Source: Leucoraja ocellata
Lineage: Eukaryota
Length of the DNA: 64,000 bases
NCBI GenBank assembly: GCA_036785375.1
Contig: JAWMAR010000302.1
Span: forward strand, 1,550,001-1,614,000
Direction: 5' to 3'
The notes below the pieces were generated by a model, which did no database searches, was not told the DNA's origin, and was given only the letters and a program-made list of their open reading frames with translations. Shown piece after piece: positions 60,351 through 64,000 of the stretch (positions within the stretch are counted from its first letter, which is position 1; each line of letters starts with the position of its first letter). The translations under genes were made by a program, and so were the position numbers.

Positions 60351-60939
60351 ATACGTTTATATCTCTGGCCAACTGATGTGAAACATATGAACGTAGTTTG
60401 TGGATCTACACAAAGACCTATGGACCTTTATTGCTGCTTTGCTCGTATACGCTCACTATTAAGGCAATATTCCAGTTTTTGTTAGCCAGATTGGTATCTG
60501 AAGTATGTTAATACAGTCAACCTTAGAAGCAGTTTAGTATTACAACTCTCTGTTGGGTATGTCTATTTGCAGAAGTGCTATCAAAAGGACGGTGGTGGTA
60601 TAAATCTTACTGCACTGAGGCCATTTTTTTTAGTAAAGACATCGAAATTTCAATAAATTTCCTAAATGGGTTCTTCACGACAGACTGCCCTTTCATTTTC
60701 AACACTCCATACTACAGCTTTGCAGATTCCTGTAGTGTCACTATTGCGAGAATGCATGTAATTCCTCAAAGCCAGAGTTCAATATCGTCTCCCAGTTTGT
60801 CAGTTTACGCACCAATGTCTGTTAGCTCCATGCAGAGTAGTTGGCACTTCCCATTATAACTGCTAGAAAATTCAAGTCCATCTACGTGTTTATGCAACCT
60901 CCTAAGTACCACACGTACTGTGGTTCATCAACAGTTTAT

Positions 60940-61290
60940 CCATAGGGTTATAGCACAGTAACATGCCCTTTATTGCAGTCTTTTTTGCCAATCTGCACTA
61001 ATCCCATTTGCCTGCATTAGGTCCCCACTCTACTAGGCCTTGCCTATTCAAGTAATATTTAAATCTCTCTATTTAATTATTATGATTGTCCGAATTCCAC
61101 CACCTCTCCGGCAATGGGTTATGTGTGTCAACCACTCTGTGGAGAGAAAACTTTTCTCTACAGCTCCCTTCAAAACTCCTTGCTCTCCTCTGGAGCCAAA
61201 GCCCTCTTGTTTTTGATATCCCAACCCTAGAAAGAAGGTTCTGACAATCCAAGACATACCTTTAATAATTGTAAATATCTCATTATTTCC
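60940..61290 (-). mobile_element. Degraded CR1 3' remnant (similar remnants at ~62570-63115)
   Basis: taatcccatttgcctgcattaggtcc and accactctgtg..aaaac motifs of the CR1 3' UTR. Confidence 0.6.
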
Positions 61291-63510
61291 CTGACTACAC
61301 TCTGAAATTCGACTCCCCATGGTGTCCAGCCAACATGGCAATGTTTTCCCAGCCGCTGTATCTTACAGGATAGCCAGTATCTGCATATCTCTGAATAAAA
61401 AATAAAAATTGTATGCAACCAAAGAAAGTTGATTTAATTAACATTTCTGAATAGTTTTGTTAACTATTTTGAATTGATTTTGTGTGTTTTAAGATTTGTT
61501 TTGAAATGTCTGAATTATTTCTAGTCACATTTAAATAGTTTAAATTATCTTAGAAGGCATTGTGCCAGATTCATTAAGAAGCATTCCCAATATCTTGACA
61601 ATTTTGATAATTTGCTAGGTTTATAACTTCTTTCAGCATTTTCATCATTTGGATTTCTCACGAGTCATTCTGTAAATCTTCAATCTCTTGCCATAAGGCA
61701 GTAAAGCAAGAGTGAGCGTGGTTTGACTGAAAAGCCAGCTGAACTCCCACTGGGTGAAGCCTGAGTGATTTCAGTATCTGGGTTTGTCCTCTTTGGTCAT
61801 CTGTATCTAGGTCTGGGCACTGCCCTCAAACTATGATCTGCCTGATTTGATGAAAACTTCCCCCGATCTGTATTCTACTCCATCAGATTTATAGTTTGTC
61901 AGTTTACGGACTTTGTTCATGCCGATCCCAGATTTGTTGATCATGAAGATTGACACAAAAAGCTGGAGTAACTCAACGGGTCAGGCAGCATCTCTGGAGA
62001 GAAGGAATGGATGACATTATGGGTCGAGACCTTTCTTCAGATCATGCACATGATTATGCCTATGAAGATTCCTTCATCAACAATTTTTAATAAATGCGAT
62101 AACAGGTGTGATGAATGAGTGAAATATCACGTTGTCAGCGTTCCGTTTCATCTATCTTTATTTGTTCCATTTGCATGTTGTGGTTAACTCATTCTGTCAT
62201 TACCGAGTTGTTTCCTTTGATTACAGTACCCTTTTCTTGACAGCTTGCCAATTTGCAATGAATTTCAGTCTTGTCATTGATTCTTCCATTCACCTAAACG
62301 CCATTCCTGCTGATTTACAATTGCCAATTAATCCATCAACCCACATGTCGGATAATACTGAACCACACTGGGATAACCTAACACAAACATGGAAACATGC
62401 AGATCGCAAACAGGCGGGCACAGTGGTCAGGATTGAACTCAGCTCCTGGAGTTATAAAGTAACAGTTCCACAGTCCTGCCACAGCGTTCAATACTTGGAA
62501 GTGTAGTAAAGTTAATGATCGTACATTGAACAACTATGCTTTGATGATGAATTTCTTATGGAGCTTAGGATGGGAGTGATAGTTCTTCACCAAGAGGTTG
62601 AGAAACCTGTGCCAGGTTGGACTAAGTACAGTGAGATCTTCCCTATTGACATGTCCTTGGACTAGAGCTAAAATCTTAGAGTTAAGCAGCATGAAAACAG
62701 GCCCTTCGGACCAACATCCATGATGACCAAGGTGCCTTCTTGAGCTAGTCCTATTTGCCTGTGTTTAGGTCAGATTCCCCCCAACCCTTTCTTATCTATG
62801 AATTCTGATCAAATGTCTTGTAACCGTTGGATTGTACCAACCTCTACTTCCTCCAGTAGTTTGTTGCATCTACCCTCCACCTTCTCTGTGAAAAACTTGC
62901 TTCTCAGGTCCCCTTGGAATTCTTCCATTCTCACTTTAACTCTATGCATTCTTGTTTTAGAACTCCCCTACAATGGGAAAAAGATTCAGACGCACTGCTT
63001 TATCTATGCCCCTCATGATTTTATAAACCTAACTACCTGTGCATAATCTATATCCTTCCAATCCCTAATATCCTTATGCCTATGCAAAATTCTCTAAAAT
63101 TACACAATCATATCTGCCTCAGCTATCAACCTCAGCAGCACATTCTAGCCACTCACCACCCTCTGTGTAAAATGAAGATCATTTGATTTGTATTTGATCT
63201 GATCTCCAGCTCATCTCAGACTTCCAATCTTAGCTGAACATGTGAAAACACTTAATGAGTGAGCTGAGCTTGCAGTTGTCTATAGGACTGCAGTATTTAT
63301 TTATTTTCTTGGCATTTTTGCTTCATTTCACTGCTTCTCTTTCGCATTTGTTGTAAATTTAATTTCGTACTTTTGAGATCCTGAAGACATATGTGGAAAT
63401 ATTTAGGATGCCTCGGAATTAATTTCTGTTCATTCCCATTGTGCTTGACATGAATATGAGATCTTTATGGAATCATAAATCACATTTATAATTTCAGTGC
63501 ATTAATATAA

Positions 63511-64000
63511 TCTATACTATTACTAAAACTCTTTGCCTTGTTTGTGGCTGTCTGTGTGTATATGTGTGTGTCTTTTTCTATTTTCCTATTTTCTTCCCAT
63601 CGCAAGGCCACAGCCTTCCCATTTTCACACATTTTACTCACATTTTTCCCATTGAGGCGATAAATATCTTCCCATCACATTCCCACCCATATTTCCACAC
63701 TTGTTAATCATTTAAAGTTTTTAAAAAAGCAAGAAAACTCAGTGTGCAGATGTGGGAGAGGCCGAAGCAAAGAGGTCAAAGCCAAAGAACCGAATGGAAA
63801 TGAGACGAAAACGACAATAAACCAAAAGATTACGAAGACGAAATGCCTACTAACCGAAAGGATTGGGCGCCTAAATACAAATTAACTGAAAGTGTGGGAT
63901 GCCTAAAATCCAACGAACCGAAATGGTGCGTCACCTAAAAGCAAACTTTCCGAATGGCCGCCCTGTCGAAACGCCACCTGCGCGTCAACGGACCAAATAC
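63511..64000 (+). mobile_element. Probable non-autonomous Helitron 5' end, running off the window
   Basis: a|tctatactattactaaaa start, typical of Helitron 5' TC termini; no TSD; 3' end not visible. Confidence 0.5.

Noticed and set aside
60380-60930. Possible ALG13 exon 2 or retrocopy in non-repeat sequence (ORF 60575..60859)
   Set aside because: No recognisable motif in the frames I translated and no convincing splice pair
63788-63975. CRISPR-like repeat-spacer pattern
   Set aside because: Anchors are only 6-8 bp and degenerate; eukaryotic context; no cas genes

Overview
Eukaryotic DNA, very repeat-rich, most likely from an elasmobranch (skate, ray or shark). The taxon is inferred from HE1/V-SINE-like SINEs and the CR1 families, not from a database match. 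Almost every ORF in the track is transposon-derived. The window is built around two nested insertion stacks that can be ordered from target-site duplications (TSDs) and interrupted reading frames. Stack 1 (3940-20280): an old CR1 is split by a minus-strand Gypsy element (TSD ATTAG). That Gypsy holds an L1 fragment, a MITE and a full-length CR1, and the CR1 in turn holds a second Gypsy with three LTR starts and a 1.2-kb fold-back MITE. Stack 2 (23828-38190): a Penelope element is split by a CR1 and by a deleted DIRS; the CR1 holds an ORF-less retroposon that holds a structurally complete DIRS1-type tyrosine-recombinase retrotransposon. Also present: a HERO/R2-superfamily retrotransposon, a Rex1/Babar LINE, hAT and Harbinger MITEs, Helitron ends, and many Penelope-derived short repeats carrying hammerhead-ribozyme-like cores. 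Host genes are limited to a probable ALG13 first coding exon (42464-42544) and three low-confidence exon candidates of an unidentified upstream gene. I found no CRISPR array, no rRNA or true tRNA gene, and no convincing new protein-coding system; the novelty lies in element architecture.
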